DNA from: an archaeon
GTDB lineage: Archaea > Nanobdellota > Nanobdellia > Woesearchaeales > JBDRAZ01
Direction of reading: 5' to 3'
Length of the DNA stretch: 64,000 bases
Assembly (NCBI GenBank): GCA_043823195.1
Contig: JBDRAZ010000055.1
Location: 3,780 to 67,779 of the forward strand
Part shown: positions 9,431 to 19,070 of the stretch, one piece after another
How the letters are laid out: each line of letters begins with the position of its first letter
How positions within the stretch are numbered: position 1 is the first letter of the stretch
Program-made: the position numbers and the translations under genes
The notes under the pieces: model-generated
What the model was told of the DNA's origin: nothing
Database searches by the model: none
What the model saw: the letters and a program-made list of their open reading frames with translations, nothing else

Positions 9431-10725
9431 TGCTGTATCCTTTTTGATTCCTTCAAAATGAGCCTGAAAAGCCGTTCAGCAAATTTCCTTTCAAGGCCTG
9501 ATTTTTTAACGGCTTTGAGGATTGCCTCCTCCCTTGACCTGTCGTGTATGGGCATCTCTGCCTGCCGCTTCATTTCTGCTATATCGTTGCACAGCCCGAA
9601 CCGTTCAGTAAGGATCCTTATCAGCTCGGCATCAAGGGCATCAATGTGAGACCTTAATGATTTCAGGCCACTTGCTGACTTCAGTGCCTTCTGCGCCTCA
9701 AGCCGGTCAGCAATTACCAGCGCTGCCATGGACTCAACAACCGGCACAACCCTTGGGCAGATGCACGGATCATGGCGGCCCCCAATGCTGATCGTGATAT
9801 CATTGCCGTCACTGTCAATTGTCCTTTGTTCCTTTCCAATGGATGAGGGCGGCTTAACTGCAACTCGGGCTACCAGCTCCTGCCCGGTTGAGATTCCGCC
9901 AAGGACGCCGCCTGCGTTGTTTGACATGAAACCCTTGCTTGTAAGCTCATCATTGCAGACAGACCCCGGCATAGTCGCCGCCCTGAACCCGGCACCGATC
10001 TCAAAGCCCTTTGTTGCCCCAATTGACATGATTGCTTTTGCGAGGTCTGCATCGAGCTTGTCAAAGACCGGGTCGCCAAGGCCGGCCGGAAGATTCTTAA
10101 TCCTTACCTCAACGATGCCGCCGACAGAGTCGCCGTGCAACTTGGCTTCCAGGATCTTTCTCTCCATGGCCTTTGCTGCCTTTTTGTCAGGGCAGCGGAC
10201 TGGGTTGCGCTCAATTTCCTCAGGATCAAATTCCTTCGCCCTTATGCCGCCAATCTCCAGGGTGTATGCAAGGATCGTTATGCCCTCTTTTTGCAGGATC
10301 TTTTTTGCAACCGCCCCTGCGGCAACACGCCCGACGGTTTCCCGTCCAGATGACCTTCCCCCTCCACGGTAGTCGTATATCCCGTATTTTTTCAGGAACG
10401 CAAATGCTGCGTGGCCCGGGCGGAAAACATCTTTTAGCTTGTCGTAGCTGGACGGATCATGGTCCCTGTTACGCACAATTATGCATATTGGTGTTCCGGT
10501 GGTCTTTCCATCGAATATTCCCGAGAGTATCTCAGGCCGGTCATCTTCTTTTCTCGGAGTAGAGACCCTGCTCTGGCCGGGCTTTCGCCTGTCAAGCTCG
10601 CGCTGGATATCCTGCTCTGAGATAGCAAGCCCGGGCCTGACACCATCTATAACTACGCCGAGCGCCGCCCCATGGCTTTCTCCGAATGTCGTAATCCTGA
10701 ACTGCCTTCCGAATGTGCTTGTCAT
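9427..10725 (-). CDS. aroC: chorismate synthase with a C-terminal AroQ-type chorismate mutase domain (bifunctional fusion)
   Basis: The N-terminal ~345 aa carry the chorismate synthase signatures (GESHGxALGVVIDG…, …GGRHDPCICPRVVPVVESMAALV). The C-terminal ~85 aa 'LRSHIDALDAELIRILTERFGLCNDIAEMKRQAEMPIHDRSREEAILKAV…' match the AroQ pattern (R..ID..D..l..Ll.eR….vae.K…g.pi.D..RE..il). Confidence 0.8.
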   Translation of the reverse strand: MTSTFGRQFRITTFGESHGAALGVVIDGVRPGLAISEQDIQRELDRRKPGQSRVSTPRKEDDRPEILSGIFDGKTTGTPICIIVRNRDHDPSSYDKLKDVFRPGHAAFAFLKKYGIYDYRGGGRSSGRETVGRVAAGAVAKKILQKEGITILAYTLEIGGIRAKEFDPEEIERNPVRCPDKKAAKAMERKILEAKLHGDSVGGIVEVRIKNLPAGLGDPVFDKLDADLAKAIMSIGATKGFEIGAGFRAATMPGSVCNDELTSKGFMSNNAGGVLGGISTGQELVARVAVKPPSSIGKEQRTIDSDGNDITISIGGRHDPCICPRVVPVVESMAALVIADRLEAQKALKSASGLKSLRSHIDALDAELIRILTERFGLCNDIAEMKRQAEMPIHDRSREEAILKAVKKSGLERKFAERLFRLILKESKRIQQ

Positions 10726-11222
10726 TTTCCTGCCACCTGCTTTGCAGCCTGTGCCTTTGTAAGTCCGGACACATCAACGGTTACATCAGCAATACCCTCA
10801 TACACGGGCTCCCGCTCTGCAAGCAATCGCTCAAAAGAGCCCCGGGGATCATTCCCGTCAAAAAATGCCGGCATCCCCTTTGCCATGATCCGCCTGTAAA
10901 GCGTATCGGAATCGACCTTTAAATAAATTACCCTTGCCATTGATTTCAGGGCAAGGCCGTTGTCGACCGGTGTTCCGCCGCCGGTTGAGAGGACCACATT
11001 TTCACCTGATATGGAGTTTAATGCGCTTTTTTCACAGTTTCTAAAGTATTTTTTATCTTTTTTCATGTATATTTGCCTACAGCTGAGCGATTCCCCTTCC
11101 GCTGCTTCGTACCTGTCTTCAATAACCCTGTCAAGGTCAATGAATCTCATGCCGCGGATTTTTGCAAGTTCTTTTCCTATGCTCGTCTTTCCGCATCCCT
11201 TGAAACCGATGAGTGCAATCAT
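10722..11222 (-). CDS. aroK: shikimate kinase
   Basis: P-loop 'MIALIGFKGCGKTSIGKELA'. Length 166 aa. Operon context. Confidence 0.8.
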   Translation of the reverse strand: MIALIGFKGCGKTSIGKELAKIRGMRFIDLDRVIEDRYEAAEGESLSCRQIYMKKDKKYFRNCEKSALNSISGENVVLSTGGGTPVDNGLALKSMARVIYLKVDSDTLYRRIMAKGMPAFFDGNDPRGSFERLLAEREPVYEGIADVTVDVSGLTKAQAAKQVAGK

Positions 11223-12481
11223 TGTGAGAAACCCGCCCCCAGCGAGGCCATGTCTTTTATGTAGCCGGGATATGTAACGCCAACTGAATCTGCAGTGTCG
11301 ATCTCAGTAATGCCGCCGGCCATCATTCCTGCGAGGGAGAGCGCCATGACTATCCTGTGATCGCTGTAGCCATGAACACTGCAGCCGGTCAGGCTGCTCT
11401 TTTTTATTATGAGGCCGTCCGGGCGTTCCTTTATGTCTGCACCCATCCTGGCAAGTTCAGATGCCATTGCCGCAATCCTGTCTGTCTCCTTGATCCGGGC
11501 ATGAGACACGTTCTTCAGTATTGTCTTTCCTTTTGCAAAGGTTCCAACAACAGCCAGTGCGGGCAGTGCATCGGGTGTGTCATTAAGGTCCAGCTCAGTG
11601 CCAGTCAGCTCGCCCCCCTTAACGCGGATGCCGCGTGCTGTTTCGGTGATGTCTGCGCCCATGGACCTAAGCATGCCTATTACCGCCTTGTCACCTTGGG
11701 CATCATCCATATCAAGACCCTTTAGCGTGATATCTGAATCTGTAATGGCCGCTGCACAGAGTGGGAATGTTGCCGACGAGAAGTCGGCCGGCACCCGCTC
11801 TTTAAAGCCTTTGTATTCCTGGTTGCCATATACATGAAATTCACTGAACGCACGATTCTCATACCTGATTCCCTGCCTGTCAAGCCAGCGCAGGGTCATT
11901 CCCACATAGGGCTTCTCATGAAGGTCTCTGACAGCAATATGGGTGTCATTCTCGGCTAGCGGACAGCTGATGAGAAGGCTTGAGAGGTACTGAGAGGTTA
12001 TGCCGTCAACTGTTGTTACGCCACCAGCCATCCTGCCCCTGACGGATATTGGGCAGCTGCCGTTGCCGCGGATTGATCTTGCAGCCGCACCCAGGTCATT
12101 CAATGAGTTGATAAGCGGCTGCATGGGGCGCTTCCTGATGGACTCATCACCGTCAAAGATGATTTCCCGGTCGCCCAGTGCTGCCACAGACGCGACTATC
12201 CGCAGCGTGGTTCCGCTGTTCCCAACATCAATGCGGTTTTGGCTTGGCCTTGGAACTCCTGCAAATCCCCTGACCTTCCAGGATTTATTTTCTTCTATGT
12301 CGGCGCCGAGTGCCCGGCATGCATCCCTTGCTGAAATGGCATCTGCAGAGTCAAGCGGATTGAGGATCTCGGATGTGCCGCCTGCGAGAGATGCCAAGAC
12401 AACTGCCCTGATTGTATGGGACTTTGAGGCCGGTATCTCGATTGTGCCATTAAGGCCCGATTGTCTTACCTTGAGTTTCAT
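11219..12481 (-). CDS. aroA: 3-phosphoshikimate 1-carboxyvinyltransferase (EPSP synthase)
   Basis: 420 aa. 'MKLKVRQSGLNGTIEIPASKSHTIRAVVLASLA' is the EPSPS N-terminal signature. Confidence 0.9.
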   Translation of the reverse strand: MKLKVRQSGLNGTIEIPASKSHTIRAVVLASLAGGTSEILNPLDSADAISARDACRALGADIEENKSWKVRGFAGVPRPSQNRIDVGNSGTTLRIVASVAALGDREIIFDGDESIRKRPMQPLINSLNDLGAAARSIRGNGSCPISVRGRMAGGVTTVDGITSQYLSSLLISCPLAENDTHIAVRDLHEKPYVGMTLRWLDRQGIRYENRAFSEFHVYGNQEYKGFKERVPADFSSATFPLCAAAITDSDITLKGLDMDDAQGDKAVIGMLRSMGADITETARGIRVKGGELTGTELDLNDTPDALPALAVVGTFAKGKTILKNVSHARIKETDRIAAMASELARMGADIKERPDGLIIKKSSLTGCSVHGYSDHRIVMALSLAGMMAGGITEIDTADSVGVTYPGYIKDMASLGAGFSQ

Positions 12482-13878
12482 TTTAACGCCTCCATGGCAA
12501 TGCTTTCCATGATGCCTGCGTCCGGCTTTTTTCCTGTCCAGAGCCTAAACCCTGCGGCCCCCTGATAGGCCAGCATCTTTATTCCGGAAATCGCCATGTT
12601 GCCCCGCTTTTCGGCATCCCTTATGAGGCGGGTCTTCATGGGATTGAACACTATATCCATGACTATTGCCCTCTTAAGCTTCTGCTCGTCAATGGGTGTT
12701 AGTTTGTCCGGACCCATGCCAACTGAGGTCGTGTTGACTATTATGTCGGGGTCATCGATCATGCCGCTTTTGCAGCCCAGCTCCCCGGCCAGGGCATCTG
12801 CTTTTTCTTTGGTCCGGTTATAGATGCTCAGTTCTGCCCCCGCCTGGACGAGGCCATAGGCTACAGCCCTTGCTGCGCCGCCTGCACCCAGAACAAGGAT
12901 TTTTTTTCCGCGGACCCTGGTCCGCTCCCTTAATGCAGCCACTGCACCAGTACCGTCTGTGTTGTAGCCTATAAAGCCGCGGTCATTAACAACGGTGTTG
13001 ACTGCGCCAATCTTTCCTGCGGTTTCGTCAACCGCATCTAGGTGCTTCATAACAGCAATCTTGTGGGGGATCGTGACATTGAACCCCCTCATGCAGATTT
13101 GCCGTGCAAATGCAATGAAATCCCCGAGGTCATCGACCTGGAAAGGGATGTATACATAATTCAGCCCCATATCCACAAACATCTTGTTGTGCATCAGGTA
13201 TGAGACTGAGTGCGCAACCGGGTTGCCAATCAGCCCCACTAGCTGCGTTGATGCGTCAAGCCCGCCTGCCCTATAGATGCCCCTGAGCTCATATGCCGGT
13301 ATCTGGCCCGGGGCAGACTCTTTTTCAGGAGCAAGTGATGCATATGTCAGGATGGAATTGAACCTCCTGTAGAGTATGCGGCTGACAAGCCCCTTTTGCC
13401 CCATGCAGAGGACAATTCTGTCTTTGTCTGCCGGGAGATTGAGGAGCTTGAGATTGTCGGTGTAACGGTTGGCCGTTGTGGCTATCTTTATTATGTCGGG
13501 CCCAAGAGACGCAATCTTATCATATATCCCTGACAGGTCAGGGGTGGCCCTGAAATTGTGGTAGGATACAATGATCTTTGTCCTGCGGCCGAGGAATTCT
13601 TTTATGGCATCTTTGCCAAGGTCAAGGTCAAGGTCAATGTAGTCTGCACCCAGATCAAGGGCGCGCTTAAGGATGGAAAGCCTTTTTTCATCCTTAACCC
13701 TGCCGCCCCGGAAGGTAACAATGACCGGTGAAAAGAGCGACATCAGGCGCTCAAGCGCCCTGCTGTCAACAGAGTCCAGGCAGTCCAGGCGTAACTCAAT
13801 AATGTCAGCATCCCTTGCTAGCGCAATGTCCCGCTCTGCCTCTGGTGCTGTTCTTGCCGTGATCGGTATGCAGATCAT
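12478..13878 (-). CDS. aroDE: bifunctional 3-dehydroquinate dehydratase (type I) / shikimate dehydrogenase
   Basis: The N-terminal half 'MICIPITARTAPEAERDIALARDADIIELRLD' is type-I DHQase. The C-terminal half carries the shikimate-DH substrate motif and the Rossmann fold (…ILVLGAGGAARAVAYGL…). Confidence 0.85.
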   Translation of the reverse strand: MICIPITARTAPEAERDIALARDADIIELRLDCLDSVDSRALERLMSLFSPVIVTFRGGRVKDEKRLSILKRALDLGADYIDLDLDLGKDAIKEFLGRRTKIIVSYHNFRATPDLSGIYDKIASLGPDIIKIATTANRYTDNLKLLNLPADKDRIVLCMGQKGLVSRILYRRFNSILTYASLAPEKESAPGQIPAYELRGIYRAGGLDASTQLVGLIGNPVAHSVSYLMHNKMFVDMGLNYVYIPFQVDDLGDFIAFARQICMRGFNVTIPHKIAVMKHLDAVDETAGKIGAVNTVVNDRGFIGYNTDGTGAVAALRERTRVRGKKILVLGAGGAARAVAYGLVQAGAELSIYNRTKEKADALAGELGCKSGMIDDPDIIVNTTSVGMGPDKLTPIDEQKLKRAIVMDIVFNPMKTRLIRDAEKRGNMAISGIKMLAYQGAAGFRLWTGKKPDAGIMESIAMEALK

Positions 13879-14924
13879 TGTTCCCCCAGGACTTTTCTTA
13901 ATACATCCTCTGGCACCGAATCTGCCACAAAGGCCTTCCCTATCCCGTCGAGCAGCACAAAGACCAGTTTGCCGTGGTGCGCCTTTTTATCATGCTTCAT
14001 GCTCCGGATCAGATCAGATGGCCTCAGGCCCAGTTTCCAGGCGGGCTGTATCTTTTCAATCAGCCTGTTATGCCTTTTAAGTTCAGCTTCAGAGAGATGA
14101 CCCAGCTCTGCAGACAGCTTTGCGGCAATCAACATGCCTTTGGCCACGGCCGCCCCGTGAGGTACTGCGTAGCTGCTGAGAGATTCGATTGCATGGCCAA
14201 AGGTGTGCCCGTAGTTGACAAGCCTCCTGATGCCTGCTTCCTTTTCGTCCTCCTCCACTATCCAGGCCTTGATCCGCACAGATGCAAGAATTGCGTCTTC
14301 CAGGCGTTCTTTTGCCAGAACCCTGTCAATGTTGGACTCGAGGTCCTTAAAGAAATCCCTGTCCCGGATAATTGCGTGCTTTACTAGCTCTACCATGCCG
14401 TTTCTGAACTCTGTTTCAGGCAACGTAGCCAGGGTTTCGGTGTCAATGAGGACTGCCTTTGGCTGGTGAAATGCACCAATGAGATTTTTGCCGTCCTTGG
14501 TATCCACGCCAACCTTTCCGCCAACGCTGCTGTCTACCATTGCCAGGAGTGTCGTTGGAACCTGAATGAAATCAATGCCGCGCATATAGGCAGATGCCAC
14601 AAATCCGGCGACATCACCGACCACTCCGCCGCCCAGGGCAATTATGAGTGAGCGCCGGTCAGCACCCTGAGCGTGCAGCATGTCGATGAGACCTGAAAAT
14701 GTGTCAAGGGTCTTGTGCTTTTCGCCCGCAGGAAAGCTCAGAAGGTGCGCCCGGTTCCGTTTCTGCACCTCGGCCAGCAGTTGCACACCATAGAGTTTCT
14801 TAACAACAGAATCAGTGATAATGAAACAGCTGCTGCAGTTGCCCAGCTGTACAGGGATGCCTATCCTGCTGCCGACAATAATATCATAAGAACTGTCGGC
14901 CTTTTTATGAAGCCTAACCCTCAT
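13875..14924 (-). CDS. aroB: 3-dehydroquinate synthase
   Basis: Nucleotide- and metal-binding motifs are present (…GGGVVGDVAGFVASAYMRGIDFIQVPTTLLAMVDSSVGGK…, …HTFGHAIE…). Confidence 0.9.
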   Translation of the reverse strand: MRVRLHKKADSSYDIIVGSRIGIPVQLGNCSSCFIITDSVVKKLYGVQLLAEVQKRNRAHLLSFPAGEKHKTLDTFSGLIDMLHAQGADRRSLIIALGGGVVGDVAGFVASAYMRGIDFIQVPTTLLAMVDSSVGGKVGVDTKDGKNLIGAFHQPKAVLIDTETLATLPETEFRNGMVELVKHAIIRDRDFFKDLESNIDRVLAKERLEDAILASVRIKAWIVEEDEKEAGIRRLVNYGHTFGHAIESLSSYAVPHGAAVAKGMLIAAKLSAELGHLSEAELKRHNRLIEKIQPAWKLGLRPSDLIRSMKHDKKAHHGKLVFVLLDGIGKAFVADSVPEDVLRKVLGEQ

Positions 14925-15534
14925 CTTCCCTTAAATGCTCATCGCAGTTAAAAATGTTCTGTTTGGCTGTAGTCCCGTCAATCTCAATCACTGTCAGCGA
15001 GCCGTTTTTGAATTTATGGCTGCTCAGTTTACTGTTAACCGGCGTTTTCATGAGGTTGGCGATAATCATCCTCAGGGAGCCGCCATGACCGACGATTACA
15101 ATGCTGCCCTTCTTGTGATCTGAAAACACCCTGTCCAGCCCACGCTGAACACGGCCATACAGCTTCAGGTAGCTTTCGCCTTGCGGCGGGGGAACATTGG
15201 CCTTATCCCTTTCACGCTCCTCCCACTCCCGGGCAAATCTCTGCCTAATCTCGGTGCGGGTCAGGCCCTCAAATGCCCCGTAGTTTATCTCGTTGAACTC
15301 AGCAAGATGATTAACCTTCAGGTTATGGGGCCCGGCAATAATCTCGGCAGTCACAATGGCCCTTCTGAGCGCGCTTGAATATACTGCACTAATCTGCTTG
15401 TTCCCTAATCGCATAGCCAGCCTTTCTGCCTGTGAAACACCTGTGCTGTTGAGTTCGGTGTCTACTGTGCCCTGCATCCGCTGCTCAGTGTTCCAGTCGG
15501 TTTCACCATGCCTTACAAGATACAGCGTCAGCAT
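14914..15534 (-). CDS. histidine-phosphatase superfamily protein (phosphoglycerate-mutase-like)
   Basis: The '[10 protein letters not shown]' catalytic RHG motif is at the N-terminus and a second His sits in 'IVGHGGSLR'. Embedded in the aro operon. Confidence 0.6.
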   Translation of the reverse strand: MLTLYLVRHGETDWNTEQRMQGTVDTELNSTGVSQAERLAMRLGNKQISAVYSSALRRAIVTAEIIAGPHNLKVNHLAEFNEINYGAFEGLTRTEIRQRFAREWEERERDKANVPPPQGESYLKLYGRVQRGLDRVFSDHKKGSIVIVGHGGSLRMIIANLMKTPVNSKLSSHKFKNGSLTVIEIDGTTAKQNIFNCDEHLREDEG

Positions 15535-16544
15535 ATCTTCCGCCCCACCGCCCCTGCAACTGGCCTCAGCTCAGCCATAAGCCTAGAGAAGCGCTCTGTG
15601 CTAATTGTCTGGTCTGCATCAGTCACTGCGTTTTCCGGATCTGGATGAACCTCAATAATAAGCCCGTCTGCCCCGGCTGCGACGGCTGCCTTGCTCATTG
15701 GAGCAACGAGGCTCCATTTGCCTGTGCCGTGGCTGGGGTCTACAACTACCGGAAGATGGCTAAGTTCCTTAATGGCCGGCACTGCTGCAAGGTCAAGCGT
15801 ATTCCTGGTGTGTGTCTCAAATGTCCTTACACCCCTCTCACAGAGTATTACATCATGGTTGCCCTCTGCGATTATGTATTCGGCAGCAAGGAGGAATTCC
15901 TTGTATGTTGCACACATTCCGCGCTTAAGGAGAACGGGTTTCTTGATCTTTCCGACTGCCTTGAGCAGCTCAAAGTTCTGCATGTTCCTTGTCCCGATCT
16001 GCAGGATATCGGCGTAGCTGGCAACAAGCTCAACATCTCGGGTGTCCATAACCTCGGTAACAATCAGGAGCCCGGTCTTCTCCCTGGCCTCTGCCAGGTG
16101 CTTCAGCCCCTCTTCCCCAGGACCCTGGAAATCGTGCGGCGAGGTCCTGGGCTTAAACGCGCCGCCCCTCAGGATCTTTGCACCTGCTGCCTTTACTGCC
16201 TCTGCAGTCTTAAGTATCAGATCCCTGCCCTCAACCGTACATGGGCCAGCCATTATGACGATGCCGTTTCCGCCTATTGAGACATCACCGACCCTGACAA
16301 CCGTGTTTTCCTTTTTGAATTCCCTGCTGACAAGCTTGTACGGCTTGAGAACAGGCATTACCTTCTCCACCCCCGAAAGGACTGCGAGGCTTTCCACCTG
16401 AAGGACCCTCTCATCACCGATGACTGCAATAACGGTGCGTTCTGTCCCATACAGCGGGACGGGTTTGAGCTTGGCGTTTTCGATCTTTTCAATTACATGC
16501 TTAACCTGTGCCTTTTCAGCACCCCTCTTCATAACAACTATCAT
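15528..16544 (-). CDS. 3-deoxy-7-phosphoheptulonate (DAHP) synthase, type I-beta / KDO8PS-like, with an N-terminal regulatory extension
   Basis: The core '…[42 protein letters not shown]…[11 protein letters not shown]…' matches DAHPS I-beta. It is preceded by an ~90-aa extra N-terminal domain as in Thermotoga-type enzymes. Confidence 0.85.
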   Translation of the reverse strand: MIVVMKRGAEKAQVKHVIEKIENAKLKPVPLYGTERTVIAVIGDERVLQVESLAVLSGVEKVMPVLKPYKLVSREFKKENTVVRVGDVSIGGNGIVIMAGPCTVEGRDLILKTAEAVKAAGAKILRGGAFKPRTSPHDFQGPGEEGLKHLAEAREKTGLLIVTEVMDTRDVELVASYADILQIGTRNMQNFELLKAVGKIKKPVLLKRGMCATYKEFLLAAEYIIAEGNHDVILCERGVRTFETHTRNTLDLAAVPAIKELSHLPVVVDPSHGTGKWSLVAPMSKAAVAAGADGLIIEVHPDPENAVTDADQTISTERFSRLMAELRPVAGAVGRKIC

Positions 16545-16846
16545 CTTTTACCTCCCACATATTTTCCGTTTAGTTCAACTGCATTCATTATCTCGTTAAA
16601 ACTCGGGTTTTTATTGAGCGTATATACCTTATCGAGAGCATCCAGCGTAGCAAGCGCGCCCTTTTTCATTATCATCCGGTCGACAAAATGGCCGTAGCTG
16701 CCCATAAGGAGGAGCGCATTCGTGTTGATTTTGAGATAGCCTTCGTTATTCAGGATCCTGAGAAGTTCCTTGGAATCCATGTTGGCATCTATATGTTTGC
16801 CTTGCCGGTGCTCTTCCATCATTTCCTTGAGCTGGATGCCGTTCAT
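16541..16846 (-). CDS. hypothetical protein, first gene of the aro operon
   Basis: 101-aa ORF in the track. Its stop overlaps the DAHPS start. No family recognised. Confidence 0.35.
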   Translation of the reverse strand: MNGIQLKEMMEEHRQGKHIDANMDSKELLRILNNEGYLKINTNALLLMGSYGHFVDRMIMKKGALATLDALDKVYTLNKNPSFNEIMNAVELNGKYVGGKR

Positions 16847-17189
16847 TGTAATATGTTAAAGTTTTTTAGATGCTCGGGCAGATTTTGAAAACAAAATCTA
16901 GCCTTTAGAACCAAAAGTAATAGCTGAAGCTAACAGAACAAGACTGCTTAGGGGTTAGCTTTGCTGTCATAATGGGAAGAAGGGTGTCAGTGGTATATAA
17001 AGGTTTTGGTTTTGTTGCAATTTTTTTCGATATTGAAAAAAATAGAAACCTATTTGAATTCGGGCCTTCAACGGGGACAATGAATAGGCAGTTATAGACG
17101 ACATCCCGCGCCGTTCTGTGTTCCTCGGGTATTGATTAACTACCCATAAATAGTAACATTTATATACTGATTGATGTGCAATAGCTACC

Positions 17190-17777
17190 ATGAAACAAGA
17201 TAAGGCACCGGAGCCCATCTCAGCAGAAGCATCTGAAGCTGTCAGAAGTTGGTATATGCGAAAAGGGGGCCCGATTATCCAATATCTCTCAGGTCGTTTC
17301 CCGGGTGTTGATCCCGAGGCTGTGCTGCAGGATACGGCCATAAGGGTTGCTCAAAAATACCATACACTCCAAGACACCGCCCTGATGGACACGTGGGCGT
17401 ACAGGATAGCCATTAACAGAGCAAGAGAGGTTGCCAGAAATGACAACAGGAGGCGGCACGTATCTCTTGAATCGGTATGCGATGCTGACACCCCCGAACT
17501 GGTCTCGTGGAGCCGCGCCGACAGGGAGCTGGACATAAGAATGCTGACTGTGGCTGTTGATGCGGTCCTTTGGGATGTTCCCGACCAGAGAGAAGTCGTT
17601 GATCTTATGATCCAAGGCTACAGCTACCGGGATATTTCAGATCAGCTGGGAATTCCGGTGACTACAGTCAAGGCAAGGATTTGGCACTGCAGAAATAGGC
17701 TGGCCAGGGATCTGGACGGTGCTGCCAGGGAGGCGGCGGCGCAGTATTTTCCCCAATTCATGAATAATTATGGCTGA
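17190..17777 (+). CDS. ECF-subfamily sigma-70-like protein (sigma-70 regions 2 and 4)
   Basis: Region 2 'AVLQDTAIRVAQKYHTLQDTALMDTWAYRIAINRAREVARNDNRRR' fits the ECF pattern (LxQDTFl…W…W…IAxN….R.rrR). Region 4 HTH is 'QREVVDLMIQGYSYRDISDQLGIPVTTVKARIWHCRNRLARDL'. Confidence 0.7.
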   Translation: MKQDKAPEPISAEASEAVRSWYMRKGGPIIQYLSGRFPGVDPEAVLQDTAIRVAQKYHTLQDTALMDTWAYRIAINRAREVARNDNRRRHVSLESVCDADTPELVSWSRADRELDIRMLTVAVDAVLWDVPDQREVVDLMIQGYSYRDISDQLGIPVTTVKARIWHCRNRLARDLDGAAREAAAQYFPQFMNNYG

Positions 17778-17950
17778 GGCTAACTGACCATCTTGAGATA
17801 CCCTTCTTTGGAAATCCTGGCTCACCCTCATGCACGAGCTTATCATAACATTCTGCTGCCTTGACCGGCCCCTGTCAGACTGAGTCATCACATGCTCAGA
17901 CCAGCAGTCCATAAACCTTGGCCTTTCTTCCTGATTTACCTGAATAAACT

Positions 17951-19009
17951 TCATGATGGGAGTCTGGTTTCCGTCGCATATAGGGGGTGGCTTGGCACTA
18001 CCCAGTATGTTGGGGCTTCCCTTGCGCAGAGGGTTCGCCTCTTGAAGTCATCAAGGTCCGTTGTCTCTGATCCGCCGACATCCACTTCTCTTATGCCTGC
18101 TTTTCGCATGTTGCCGAAGGCATGCATGTAGGCATAAGAAGATATCCCGTTGCTGTAATCGCGGTTTTTGTGGAGGTGACGAAGCGCAAAGCAGGAATAG
18201 AGCCCGGCAGCTGTCTTGCCTGTCCGCTCACCTATAAAGAGCATTGCCGGCTTCTTTTGGAGGTAGCCAATGTATGCGAAATAATCGTGCCCGTTTTTTC
18301 CTGCTGGAAGATTTTCTACAACACCCATGTAGTCCTCCCAGGAGGAGCCGATGTTTTTGTTCCTGCTCTTCAGCCAGCGAAAATGGCTCCTGATAATGAA
18401 CTCTGCATCCGACAGCTGTCCGGGTGTGTATTCCCGGATATCGAGGCGATTTGCAGCTGACTGGAACCGTTCAAACTGCCGTATGTTCCTTCTGAAATGC
18501 TTTCCGAACGCTGCTGAGATGTCAACAACCCGGTGGTTGAAGGTCTCATCCTCTGCAAATGCGCCGGGGTGCCACTTCTGGCTGCATCCTGCAGTAACTG
18601 TATGATAGCCCAACCGGTTCAGGTGGGTCCTCTGCTGTGATGTAAGATGCCTTATATAGCAAGTTAATCCGGGCATTTTGTCCTGGATTGTCTTAACAAA
18701 GCGATCGACAGTCAGAAGACTTCCAACTGGTGCAATTATGTGCATGTGGACAGTGTCATCAGATTCCCTTGCAAAAAAACCCAGCGCAAACCTTGTGGAA
18801 CCATCATCATAGATGAGTCCCAGCGGGTGTTTTCTGCTCATGCCCCTTTCGTTGTAGCCATTGGCATAGATTATATAGGACAGGAAGCTAACCCCAAACC
18901 GGCCGTCTTTGAATGTGTTTATCAGGTAGCTGTCTTCTGAAGCAATGGGCCTAACATCCCGGCACAGCTCCATAACCGCAGATTCCATCTGCTCCCTTGC
19001 AGTAACCAT
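17951..19009 (-). CDS. hypothetical protein
   Basis: 352-aa ORF. No recognisable catalytic motif. Confidence 0.35.
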   Translation of the reverse strand: MVTAREQMESAVMELCRDVRPIASEDSYLINTFKDGRFGVSFLSYIIYANGYNERGMSRKHPLGLIYDDGSTRFALGFFARESDDTVHMHIIAPVGSLLTVDRFVKTIQDKMPGLTCYIRHLTSQQRTHLNRLGYHTVTAGCSQKWHPGAFAEDETFNHRVVDISAAFGKHFRRNIRQFERFQSAANRLDIREYTPGQLSDAEFIIRSHFRWLKSRNKNIGSSWEDYMGVVENLPAGKNGHDYFAYIGYLQKKPAMLFIGERTGKTAAGLYSCFALRHLHKNRDYSNGISSYAYMHAFGNMRKAGIREVDVGGSETTDLDDFKRRTLCAREAPTYWVVPSHPLYATETRLPS

Positions 19010-19070
19010 GATAAAGTGGAGAGCGAAAACAGTAATAAATTTAAGTAGTAAAAGTTTTTACGAAACTACC

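Noticed and set aside
16850-17189. Looked for tRNA or other structured RNA genes in the larger intergenic regions (16850-17189, 37153-37569, 27132-27311, 2489-2624)
   Set aside because: No segment showed the GC-rich acceptor/anticodon stem pattern or conserved T-loop (GTTCRANYC) of tRNAs. The regions are AT-rich promoter-like DNA. Small ncRNAs cannot be excluded without covariance-model searches.
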